A stretch of DNA of 63,597 nucleotides, filler included, from Folioceros fuciformis (Eukaryota), in the NCBI GenBank assembly GCA_049999805.1. It is 7 parts of 7 records of this genome, joined end to end, with 100 filler letters (N's around TTAATTAATTAA, not from the genome) between each part and the next. Parts side by side here need not be neighbours in the genome. Positions count along the whole stretch, not along the records: positions 30,585 to 53,152 come from JBNGIO010002950.1; 6 more parts are not named here. One strand, given 5' to 3'. Shown in pieces: positions 35,667 to 47,000 of this stretch; position 1 is the stretch's first letter, and each line of letters starts with the position of its first letter. The notes below the pieces were generated by a model, which searched no databases, was not told the origin of the DNA, and saw only the letters and a list, made by a program, of their open reading frames with translations. The translations under genes were made by a program, and so were the position numbers.

Positions 35667-36378
35667 CAGGAGCCTCCCACCGACCACAGCCTTCGTCCTC
35701 CTATGACAGCTTAGCTGCGAGGCCCTTCCTTTGCTATTGTAGGTGTGTGTCTGCAGCAAGCTGAGATTCCCTTGTGTGGCTCTCCCTCGTTGCCGGCAGC
35801 TCGCAGTTTTAGCTATGCTCCCGAGTCCAGACTTGTTGGTTGTAAGAAATGTATATTGCCAAGCCTGCCTAACATCCTGTCTGATTGGTCCTGTCTGATT
35901 GGTCGTGCGCGTTGCACCCGGATTCCATGCCTGGTACGGTTGTATCGCATCGCTGCCGACGCCTGTCCATGATACGTGTCGGTAACAAGCCAGCTGTCGC
36001 GACTTGCGCCCACCACCTGCTTCCTGTAGGTCACCGCACCAACGAGGGGCGATGAGATTGAAGGGGGTCCGTGGAACAGGGGATTCGGATAACGTATGTG
36101 ACTCAACGTGCTGACTTGTTTGCTGCGATCCTCCCGCCCCTGTGTGCCTGGTGAGGGACTGACAGCAGTCCAGCCCCAGCCCGACTCTGCGCACTTTCGG
36201 AGAGGTGCCTAAATTTGTGCAGCTTACTGGGGTAGGAGTGTTGGAAGCTGGACGTCCTGATAATGGAGGCGCGTGGCGTTGTGCGTTGGGGATCGGTCCC
36301 TGGACGTGGTGGGTTGTATGGGCCTGGACTTTGTGTTTGCAGGAGGCGAAGTGGGGTGTGAGCTTTGGATGTGCAGCC

Positions 36379-37866
36379 ATGGGGAGCTTGGCAAAGATCA
36401 TCCGGGATGACAGGCATCCGGCATGGCTGGTGGATGCGATTATCATGTCGGCTGTGGTGTACAGCTCCAGCCCACAGGCAGAGCTGGAGACGATGAAGGC
36501 AGACTACGGGTTGGACACCTCTAAGTACGAGTTCATACGGGAGGACGAGCTGAAGGATGCGGGATTCGTGAGGTGCCACCAGACTTTGTTGATTGTACGG
36601 AGCAGGACGGTGCAGTCACCACGGCCGCATATCGTGGTGGCGTGCAGGGGCACCACGGATGTGAGTGACGCCATAACCGACCTCAATTTCATGCACCGGA
36701 CAATGAGCCTGGGTGAGGGGTCTGCGCATGCGGGGTTCCTGGATCGAGCGAAGAGCATCCCGCTGGACTACTTCCGGCGGTTGTTGATCAGGGGGGAGAA
36801 TCTGGTGTTGACAGGGCATTCCTTGGGGGGAGCGGTGGCCTCGCTTCTGGCCTTGAGATTGCTGGAGGCGACAGGGAGGTGGTGCCATGAGCAGGTGCAG
36901 TGTTACACCTTCGGGTGCCCGTTTTTTGCTGACTTCAGGCTGGCGAAGCACATCAATGCGCAGTATAAGCAGCACTTCGTGCACATCGTGTCGAGGAGCG
37001 ACATTGTGCCCAAGGTCATGCCTCTGGCGTACACTCTCTACACGCTGTGGGCGGGCTTGCAGGCGGGCCCGTTCGAGGATTTCGTGCATCTATCCAGGGT
37101 GAGCGTGCTGCTGCTTCAGCTGGCATCCAAGCTGAAACCCTTGAGACGGCACACCAGGCTGCCCACGCTGGCCCTGGGGACGCAGGCGCTCACCTTCTGC
37201 CCGGGTCTATTCAGGGTTTTGTTGCACCGGGCAATCGCTTTGGCCCTGTCCCACCACTCCGGGTACGGGTACACCTTCGCGGGGCACATGGTCCTGCTGG
37301 ACCCGGAAACCAGCAAGCTGGAGCACGCAGACAGCGAGAAGTGGACCATGGGGAAACATTTGAATTTCCACTTTGGCTGCGTGTCCCTGGATGTGGTGAA
37401 GGGGCACAGCCTGGTGAGCTACATCGAGAACGTTTTTACAGTCCAGTCGGCGGGAAGCAGGGTGGCTGTGGGAAGCAGCGTTACCACGGGGTCGGCATCT
37501 GCTGTCAGCCCCAGAGTTGAGCTCTGCAAGGCCACACTGCGCATGAAATGGTTCGGTAAAACCCCACACATTCCCAAGCAGGTGAAGCATGTGCCGATGC
37601 AAGAGCTGGGAAAGAGCAGGTCCTTGAGCAAGAAGAAGAAAGCAGTGAAAGCTCTGCGGAGTTCGGTTGCATGCCTCATCTTTGCACGACGAATGCAAGA
37701 AGCTGCCCCCGAGTTCGTGCAAAGGCGAAAGAACATCACCTTGGGGCGCCGATTCTTGGGCACTCGAGGCAGCCGGTCGCGATTGACTCAAAAGTTCGAC
37801 CGCATTTTTGTCATCTCGTCCGGGCTGTTTGCCCTCGTACATGTGGGCAGATACATTCGCCGCTGA
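36379..37866 (+). CDS. Class-3 lipase (alpha/beta hydrolase), intronless, with a hydrophobic C-terminus
   Basis: VVACRGT, AHAGFLDRAKSIP, the nucleophile motif LTGHSLGGAVA, CYTFGCP, acid motif SDIVPK and candidate catalytic His in GHSLVSY. First ATG at 36379. Confidence 0.88.
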   Translation: MGSLAKIIRDDRHPAWLVDAIIMSAVVYSSSPQAELETMKADYGLDTSKYEFIREDELKDAGFVRCHQTLLIVRSRTVQSPRPHIVVACRGTTDVSDAITDLNFMHRTMSLGEGSAHAGFLDRAKSIPLDYFRRLLIRGENLVLTGHSLGGAVASLLALRLLEATGRWCHEQVQCYTFGCPFFADFRLAKHINAQYKQHFVHIVSRSDIVPKVMPLAYTLYTLWAGLQAGPFEDFVHLSRVSVLLLQLASKLKPLRRHTRLPTLALGTQALTFCPGLFRVLLHRAIALALSHHSGYGYTFAGHMVLLDPETSKLEHADSEKWTMGKHLNFHFGCVSLDVVKGHSLVSYIENVFTVQSAGSRVAVGSSVTTGSASAVSPRVELCKATLRMKWFGKTPHIPKQVKHVPMQELGKSRSLSKKKKAVKALRSSVACLIFARRMQEAAPEFVQRRKNITLGRRFLGTRGSRSRLTQKFDRIFVISSGLFALVHVGRYIRR

Positions 37867-38123
37867 CACCCAGCTCCGTGGCCGACATCGCCTCGGGGGC
37901 CTGTCCTTTGTCTCTCATTTCTGCTGCATTCATTTCCAAAGTCAGCACCACAAGACAAAAATTTGAACAAAACCGCACTTTATTAATACATGTTTCTTCT
38001 CTTCAGCACCACACATAAGTACTTACTGGTGCCTATGTTTCAAATGTTTTATTCTATGAATATCAATTTTAAAAAAAAAACAAATATGAATCAGGCTGGG
38101 GTAGCTAAAATGGTAAAAAATTG

Positions 38124-38552
38124 TTAAAAATCAAAGTTATAGAATTTATAGTATTCATAACGGGCATTACAATCTACTTGTTGGCCGAATGCACCTTTGG
38201 AGTTATGACAAGTTTGAGACATTCGCTCCCACAAGACTTCCAGGCAAGAGCTACATTCATTGAAGTCCAGTTTACCAGGACAATGAATTTGGGCATAAAT
38301 CTCTTCGTTCTCGGGGTTAGCAAACTTTGTGTTCTTTACTTTCTCTCTCACGTAGGAGAAAAGGGAGGAGGGTGGAAGGAGACGGTAAAGGAAACGCATG
38401 GTTGCATAAGCATATTGAATATCACTCATGGATGCTGAATTTGGGCTGCATTCAAGTGACAAGAGTGTATCATTATATCCTTGAGCTGGAACAATTGTTC
38501 CACAATAAAATGCCATGCAAGACATGACGATTATCCACTTGAAGTTCGACAT
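38124..38552 (-). CDS. Secreted single-domain DUF26/Gnk2 (ginkbilobin-2-like) cysteine-rich protein
   Basis: 142 aa with a hydrophobic signal peptide, IYAQIHC-x8-C-x2-C (CPGKLDFNECSSC) and the C-terminal C..SKGA.....CNARYEYYKF motif. Confidence 0.85.
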   Translation of the reverse strand: MSNFKWIIVMSCMAFYCGTIVPAQGYNDTLLSLECSPNSASMSDIQYAYATMRFLYRLLPPSSLFSYVREKVKNTKFANPENEEIYAQIHCPGKLDFNECSSCLEVLWERMSQTCHNSKGAFGQQVDCNARYEYYKFYNFDF

Positions 38553-39610
38553 TCTTGTAGATTAAAGAAAGTAAGAAAGTTTGTGAAACCAGATGAAGCC
38601 AAAGCCAAGCACGCTTACTTTATCTTACTGATAATCTATTCCATTCCCAAAAGATAATGCAGTAAGATTAAAGCCAATGAGCTAGCAGCATCAATAATCA
38701 TCTCACATATTAATAGCCAACCACATCAATAGTAAGCTTTGTGATACCAGTTAAAAACATGTGCAACAAGTGAGTGAGGCGTAGAAAAAAGTCAAGAATC
38801 TTAAGTAGGTGAACTACACAAATCTTAAACATTGCATAGGAATTCTCAACTCAAAGCATAATTGGAGAAAATAAAAAGAAAAAAAAAACTCCCAAACATT
38901 ATTCATTTTATAATAAATCTAGAATAAACTGAACTAGTATAAAATATGCTTACTTCGTTATGTATACAAAGTGATAGAAAACTAGCTAAGTTATGTCTTC
39001 GCTCTTCTACCACCTTGTACTAATTTCCTCTCATCAAAATGAAAGAGGATTGTTTTATCTTTCCTTGGAATTGGAAAAACACATGACTGTGGGTACAAAA
39101 GAATCTCATGGTAAGATTACGAAAAAGTTTCCTTTCACACTCATAAGGATATTTTCTTTTTTTTATGCCGCTAAGTTATGTGCTTAACTCAATGTGCAAA
39201 GGTCTACAAGTTCGGTTTAAGGAATTCTCTATAATATTCATTTCATCCTTCTCGATGTTGTGTTGTATTGTGTTATGTACTAGGCTAGTCCCATTTCATC
39301 CTTTGAGGGCCTCATTTCCTCATGAAGAACTAGGATTAGAGTTAGAGCTTAAGCCGATTCGAGCCTTGGTGGTGAGCCACAAAATAACAATACCATTAAT
39401 TTGACCCAATCACCAAAGGTAGATATCTAGTTGTAGGTCCATGGAGACTATTAACACTTAGCTTCAAAGTCCTTAGACTCTTTGCAACATTGATTGCTCC
39501 TAATGAACATCCAAAAAACAGTTTACAAGACATCTTTATCAATATACTTGTAATAACTGTGCTAATTTTTTAACATTTTTATGGTAGTTTGGAGTCTCGA
39601 TATCAAACTT

Positions 39611-40039
39611 TCATTGAAAGAAGTTCCAAAACTCAAAATGAAGAGCACAATGTTCTGCACTAAGCGAAGCGCCTTTGGATGATCCACATACTTCAAGCCA
39701 CTTAGTTTCTAGCAAATAAGTTAAACATAATCTACACATAGGTGAATTAGTTTTACAACTAGCTTCTATGTATATATTTTCATACAAGTTTGCAACTAAT
39801 ATTACCCTACGACTCCAAGGTGGGTTCTTCTCTTCATTTACTGACTTGTTTATAAATATTTTGGTTTGCCATAGTATTAGATCTACATGATCATACGTTA
39901 TCCTTTCTGCATTACAATTCAAAGAGAAGTTACTTTCGAAGTAATTTGGATTTGATATTGCATGGAGACCAAGAGCTGTAAGGACGTATAGTATACTGAT
40001 TTCAAGCAATATCATCTTAAGTTTTAGTTTATTCTCCAT
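39611..40039 (-). CDS. Divergent secreted single-domain DUF26/Gnk2-like protein
   Basis: 142 aa with a signal peptide, IYIEASC-x6-C-x2-C and CGSSKGASLSAEHCALHFEFWNFF. Same layout as the neighbouring gene. Confidence 0.75.
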   Translation of the reverse strand: MENKLKLKMILLEISILYVLTALGLHAISNPNYFESNFSLNCNAERITYDHVDLILWQTKIFINKSVNEEKNPPWSRRVILVANLYENIYIEASCKTNSPMCRLCLTYLLETKWLEVCGSSKGASLSAEHCALHFEFWNFFQ

Positions 40040-40818
40040 TACTAAAATATTACTTGTATTACATATACTTGAATTTTTTTTGATAAAAAAAGATCATTCA
40101 GATCACTGGCTACATAGCTCCAATGTATCTAGTAATATCTGCTTCAAAGTGGGTGAGTAATATGTAGTAGTCTTAGTAAATGGTGTATTTTTGTATCTGA
40201 GATTATATTATTATATCACCTAATAATTTTTAAAAAAAATTATATAGTAATATATATATCTACCTAATATTTGTGTAAACTATAATAAGTATGTATATGT
40301 ATAATATATCTAGATGAACTGTTAACGTAATTAAAGAATCCGTCTCTAAAATATGTATTAGTCCTTGGAAAAAGTTTACAGCATAAAAAAGAGAGGGAAT
40401 ATTTATGAATTTGTTGTGAAGCTGTATGAGGTAGTGGGTGACCTGAGCATACATACATGTTCCTCGTGCCTCTGGGCCAGGTTTGGAAGACTGAGCTTCG
40501 CAGCGAAGGGTAGTGTGGCGGATTTGAGTCTGTTCACACAAGGAGACTTGGAAATTTGCCAATTTGGCGTGGTTGACAATGTGTTTCCAGCAGCGATCTC
40601 GAGGGAGAAGGGAAGCGAAGAGTAGCGTTGAACAGGAAGTTGCAGTGCCAAATTGGGGCCAGTAGCTACGTAGCCCTCAGGATTGGAAGTGAAGTGTTGA
40701 ATCACGTAGAGTGGAATGTGAGGTCGTTCTTCAAAGGTTGTCGCAATGTGGTGCTTGCACTGACGTCCATCTTGTTTCACATATGGCTGACTCCGCCTCA
40801 GGGACCGACGATGGGGAC

Positions 40819-41250
40819 ATGGAAGTGGCGAAAGTCCACCAGGCTTTCATGGGCTTCATCACCGGCTTCAGGTAAGCACGTTGCCCACAACTTCAGGGAT
40901 GTCGGGCGGGTCATGGTGCTGTCGCAGTGAGTGGTAACGTTTGCTAGTGGGCCGGCTGCCCGGCTGACAGCTGGGTGGTGGATGAGAAGGAGCTCCAAGA
41001 CAAACTGGGGCTCAAGAATTGTATCAAGGCTAGTCGCGGCGTTGAGTGGGCCAACCGGGCATGGGCCAACAACCTCAACTCGGTCCGACTCAACGCCCTG
41101 TTGATGGCAGTCCTTGGACTGGCGGGCCTCCTCCTCTCCATCCTGGCACTCGTGTTCAAGTTTCGTCTCCTGTGGAGCGTCGTGGGAGCTGCCTACGTTG
41201 TGCTCAATTTGTCTGGCCTCGGTCTACTGCAGGCAGCTGCCAGAACCTAG
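40819..41250 (+). CDS. Hypothetical small membrane protein, or the 3' part of a larger gene
   Basis: Joining 40819-40871 to 40971-41250 across a GT-AG intron gives an in-frame 110-aa product with two C-terminal hydrophobic helices. Possible upstream exon-like pieces (40400-40720) could not be phased. Confidence 0.4.
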
Positions 41251-42788
41251 CCTGTGTCGTGAATGTGCATGCTTCTAGAACATTTGTATGGTGTGGCGAA
41301 CGTTCTGAAGCACTGCTTTTCGTGTGGATGCCGGTGCAGTGGACTGCTTCCAGGAGATTGGGGATTTGATTGCAAGAGTGGAGGACCACTTGAGATCAGA
41401 GTTTCTTCCCGCTGATCGTGTTGGAGTAAGTGATTGGGACGGGCCCTAGGACATTGGACAACCGGACGAACCCCAGTCATCTTCTCGAATGCATTTCTTT
41501 CCGTGACTTCCTGCTGTTGCAACTTGCAGGTGTATCTTGAAGAATCCCCATGCCAAGGGGTATCGGGGGTGATGAGGTGCCTGTTTGCCACAAATCATAG
41601 TCTTCTTCACACCCAGAGCAAAGGGGGCGGCTTGATGTTGACTAGACCAAGTCGCAATCTCGCACGGTGTCCCTCACTACCACTTCACACTTTCCGTCAA
41701 GACCATGAAAGGCAGGAATCGAGAGTCCTTGGATGCACTGCTAGGTCTTGAATAATGCTGCCGTTGCCACAATGGCAGGTCACATATCTCTCCAGGAATG
41801 GCTGGGAGCACTGTCAGCCACATTTCTAACACCTCTCATCACACTCCGGCATTGAAGTGAGCCCTGGAAACTCCAGGCCAAGCATGAACAGTCTACTCCT
41901 TCAACTGCACCACTGGGTCTTGACATTCCTGTCACATACCCTTGGCCCTTTCGAAATTTCTGCTTCACAGGATCAGCACCCGCATTCGTATCAGTCTCCA
42001 CGTCCTCCACAGGGAATCGTGAAAAGACTGCTTTGTGCATGGCAGCGGACATGATGTGGCGTGAGCTCAACCCACCGCAGATTTGGGGTGGCCGTTTTCC
42101 CTGCACCATCGACCATGAATGTGCTGTAACCTTCGGAATTGACTGGCATGTCGGAGTTCATGCTTATGTCTTAATATCCTAGCTCGTCTAAACAGTGAAG
42201 ATTATGCATACATGATTACTATAACGTAAATACATATTCTAATTTATTACATATGTATATTTATATCACGCTTCCCACTACGTATGGTACGCCGTGAACA
42301 CACACCAGAATAAAACTTTAAGAGCAGGATATTTCTATGCTCGGTAAGCCCGTCTGAACCTGCTAGTCCTACCGGTCTTGGAATCTGTATCACGCAATAC
42401 AGGATCGCCATAAGCTCCGAATGACAGTAGAAGCCGATAGATTCATCAGCGGTGCGAGTAAGTAGATGCTGCGGTACTTGTACAGGCGAGAGCTGTGAGG
42501 GTCCGGAGCGTCCAGAATCCGAGGATAGGTCGGGCTTACCCGGCAGGAACCATTCCAGAACCCGGGGAGGAAAATGGCGTAGGTTTAGATTCATCCGAGC
42601 ACAAAAAGAAGCAACTGGAGGCCAAGAAGAAGCGCAAAAAGGAAGACCGGCGAGACCGGCGTCAGGAGGACAAGGACAAGGCCAAGGTGAAGGAGGAGAA
42701 AAAAAAGAAGACGCAGGTTCAGGGACAGCCGGCAAACATTCCGCCCTCAGCAGCGCCTGGTGGTGCTGCGCCGCTGGGAGCATCCGGC

Positions 42789-43811
42789 ATGGATGCAGCT
42801 CCGGCGGCCGCAGCACCAGGCGCTCCTACGGCCGCGGCCGCGGCCGCAGCATCAGTAGTGCAGGGAAACAGCTCTCAGCTGGAGCAGGAAGGAGGGATAG
42901 GGATCAGAAGGGGTCCCCAGCTTACTCCCAACCAGCTCGCTGTGGAGAGCACCTCCGAGTCAATCCACCGGGCTATTTCCCTCTTGCACGAGATTGAACT
43001 CAACGTCACGAATTTTGCCATGCATCAGCAGCTTCTCCTGCTGGATCGTCTGTACGTGTGGAGCAGGAAATTTTTACGTTTTGGCTCTCCCTGTTTTCTT
43101 TAGCTTCTCATTTGCGCGTGTTCTGAACTGTTACAGAGGGTTTTTGGCGAATGAGTTCTCTGCAATGCAAACGGCATCAAGTGGGTGTAATATACAGATA
43201 CCCGTGGAAGTGATCAGGTGTGTACTATTTCCTAACCTCTTTCGGGTTCCTATAGATAGGGCAGAGCTTGTTGTAGTCGTGTTGGTGTATGATCGTATCT
43301 TGGTACATGATCTCTTCCTGACGAGTGACTCTTGTTGATCTCAAAGGTTCATAGACGAAGGCCTTGAGCCAGACCAATATTCTAGGGACCTTCTGAAGAA
43401 CTGCGAGCAACGGAACCAGGCCACCAAGGGCAAAGTGGACGCGTTTAAGGTATTGCTAGGCTGGTTCTCTTGGTGACAATCATGGTTCAAGCAGCAATAT
43501 CCTAACATAAGGATTGCCTCAGGACCTGCGGAAACATCTGTTGGACGAGATTGACGAAGCCTTCCCAAAGGAGATCGAGTATTTTCGAGAGATGCGGTCT
43601 GCCGCTCTTGCGGTAACGTCTCCTTACCTACAATTCGTAGTCCCATGAAACCATGTGCTTGGTTTTCCTAGGTTCACCTGTGTATGACAGGTCGTTTCTG
43701 CAATTGGTTTGGGGTTCACACGGGCTGGGGTTGTCGCAGGAATCTAGGAGGCTCCACCAGAACTCTAACTCGTTAGCCAACGGTGATTTGAAATTGAAAG
43801 GTGAACATTAA
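42789..43811 (+). CDS. MED10: Mediator of RNA polymerase II transcription subunit 10; multi-exon
   Basis: SIHRAISLLHEIELNVTNF..LLDRL, CNIQIPVEVIRFIDEGLEPDQY..NQATKGKVDAFKDLRKHLLDEIDEAFP, and C-terminus NGDLKLKGEH. Stop TAA at 43809-43811. Confidence 0.92.
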
Positions 43812-44030
43812 CTATCTTGTGACGCCAATGGTGGTGTAACTACTGTGCCTTCGGGAGCAACGTTCACGAATGCATTGTTGGCTGTGATCATGAGGGATTT
43901 ATGTACAGTATAATACTCTTCTCTTCAATTATCTTTTAAATCTGTTCCCCGTTCTTTGGAAAACATGCCGCGAACTAAAGCGTAATACAATTCAGTTTCA
44001 AAATAAAGTCCGATGCCTCAAATAACAGGC

Positions 44031-47000
44031 TTACTTCTGTCGTTTACGAGGAGTGTGCGCCTTCAAATGAGGACTGGCTTGTTTTTCCGATCTCTTCACC
44101 AATCGTTTTCTCCTTGAACTACCTTCACCAAGCTCCGGTTGTGCAGTGTTCTCGATCTCTGCAGGGACAAACAGCACCAATGTGTGCTATAAAATGTTGA
44201 GACGTTCAGACCTGACTGCCAGAAGAACTTGTTCGATTCCAAACGACCACTACCTTTATCAGGTGAAGACCTATCCAACGTAATTTCTGAGTCCGTGGTT
44301 GGTCCGTTTTCAACTTTAACTGTGACCACATCATCAGAAGCCTCTTCTGGCGTCTGGCATTTTCCTCTGAAGGGCGGCAAGTAGCAAAACCTGCAAAAAC
44401 ATGGAAAAGGTTAAAAACATTGGTATCTCACCCCACACAACTGCGTGCAAGGCTTAGATGTGCGTCACACATACCATTCGTCTGGTAACCTGTCAGTATC
44501 GAAGCCAGCAGGAAGTCTTCGCCATTTCAAGCACTTGTCACATTGTGCCCAGCCGTTGTCTGGAGTTAAGCCTCGTCCATCATCTACCTGTACCCACAAT
44601 TTGCACATCCGAAGTTAGCCCTTGCAGTAGGGGCTGGGGGTGATAACACTCACAAGAATATTAGGTCAGCACAGAAGCTCACCTTCGGGAGCCTCTCGAA
44701 TTCCTCCTCCCAGTATGCATGGATTTCCTTCGCTAGAGCCTTTTCCAACTCTGCATACGCTTCACTGTCCTCAAAGCCCTGTTTCGTGTTCAGCACCCCA
44801 CAAGTATCTTTATCCCCCTACAACACAAACCGACTCAGATCCACGGTGGAAAGGAGAAAGCTAGAAGCGAAGGTGAAATTCTTCTGATCTTGGAGGGGAC
44901 AGTCCGTAAATGTAGACCCATACCCAAACTGTCGTCGTGTCAACAACCCCAATAACTCCTCGCCCAATGTCTGCGCTGTGCATTAATCGACCTACTCGTT
45001 TATAAGCCTACAATAGGATGCACCATAGCATGACCTACAGAATCAGTACCAACCACCAAGATGTCATTGCTCAATGGTCTTCGTTACTACCGCCAGGCAC
45101 GAAATTACCTCAATGAGTCGCCCATGCCAGTACAAAAAGACCCCACAGTTCGCTCGTTCTCTCTCCTTAGAGGAGAACCCCATGGTCAACAAAAGCTCCT
45201 TCCCTTGCACTACTAGCGTTCTTTTGCGTGTCCTACTTAAAGACTCGCCCAGCTTCCTGGTTTTGACCTTCATAAACACGGCATTCACGCTTATACCAGA
45301 GCTAATCCACTGCCACCGAACTCTATGATCTTTCAAAGGGTCATTTTCGGCAATCAGGCAGCACAAAGGGACTATGCCATATGCTCCTTACCACTACACC
45401 TTGAACATGGACTTTCATCCTTGGATGAAGAAACAGGACCTCCACATAAGCCCGGAGGGAGTAATCAAGTGGGACCTACATGCATCACAAAGTCACGTTG
45501 CTTGAGAACTGGCATTTGCATGCGCACACAATGATCAGGCAAAAAGTGGAATAAATTACGTTCTGACTGATCTGTCCAGGCCGGGTCCGAGGTCGCTTCG
45601 AGGTGATAATAATATCATTTTCAATTATATCATTTTCTTCTTCCCCTTTGCCATCCCACTGCAACCTATAGGCCTCCCCCCACCTCTCCAGATTATACAC
45701 GTATATTCGGGTTCCGGTACCGGAAATCTTCTCAAACTCAACCCCAATATTGAACTTATCAAAAGGGGAATGCTCTTTCACAGCCTTCAGGGATTTCTTA
45801 GCCTCATCTTCAGTTTGAGCTCTATGGTCAACCTGCATTCGCCCAGCTTTCCAGACCCAAGTCACAATTGGTATTTCCAACACCTGTGAGCATGAGTATA
45901 AATGTGAGTAAAGGATTCAAAGCACAGTTGACAGGAAACCCACATACATAGTTACGCCAGATAGACACCGAAAACACCTCACCTCCTTCCCTTCATTAAA
46001 GGAGGTGGATAGGAACCCCATGGACCGGCTGTCTTGGCTCTGAGTTAAAACGATGGCATCTTTCCCAATCCTCATGGCCCCTGACTAGTAGAGCAAAGGA
46101 GCCCCTGATTAGTAGCTGGAAACATGTCACCCATCAGACTTTAACTTTTCACACATTACGGCCTTATGTCATGAACTATGTAAAGAAGTGCCTCGGGAGA
46201 CACACCTACCTTGAAACCCACACCAAATCGACCAATGCGATTGACATCCTCTTCCTCAGCATGTTCATGCCCGAATGAGAGCATCCGACAAATCTCTTTG
46301 TGGCTCATCCCACATCCGTTGTCTGCAAATACCAGTATTGGTATGGGGGTATCCTGATCTTTTAGCCTTCCCATGTCAACAAAAATTTCAAGACTGTACA
46401 GGCACAGAACAAAACGTCTTAGCACTAAGACTAGTAGCATCATATTGGATGTTGCCAACAGCGGTACATGGCAGAACTTAACACTCTTCTCAAAACTCAA
46501 CAGATCTTATTCGAGTACAACTAGCAGAAACATTTTTTCGGGGGCGCACCGTGTTGCTGAAGCATCACGTGCGTTGTCAATCAATTCTGCTATGCCTCCA
46601 AACAGCCAAGATGCATGATTCTGGCTTAAAGTCTGCAGATAGTTGGGATGCAGATGTGGAAGCTTCGAATCTTTGGCTTGCAACTTAGATTCGGCTGCAG
46701 GCTGCCAAGGTGCCTGGGGGCCTACCACTGCCAAACAGTTCAGCAACTACTTTTAGTACCCTTCAGACTGCCTGAAGTTCCCCAGCAGTTAAGGGGCAAC
46801 TAAGTGACCACAAACAAACCATTAAGCCTCGGATCGCGTGATTTATGACTCTGACATTGTTGGGGTGGCAAATGTTTAGCTGCTCTCCCCTCCAGCCTGC
46901 GATAGCTCACATAGACACAGCATCCAGAGTCCTGGGGTTTGTGTACAGGAGAGTTTATCCACAGCTCCCAGCCATCGAAGCGGATGTATGCAACCTGCAC

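Noticed and set aside
36379..37866. EDS1/PAD4/SAG101 immune regulator
   Set aside because: The lipase-like motifs are shared, but no C-terminal EP domain is evident.
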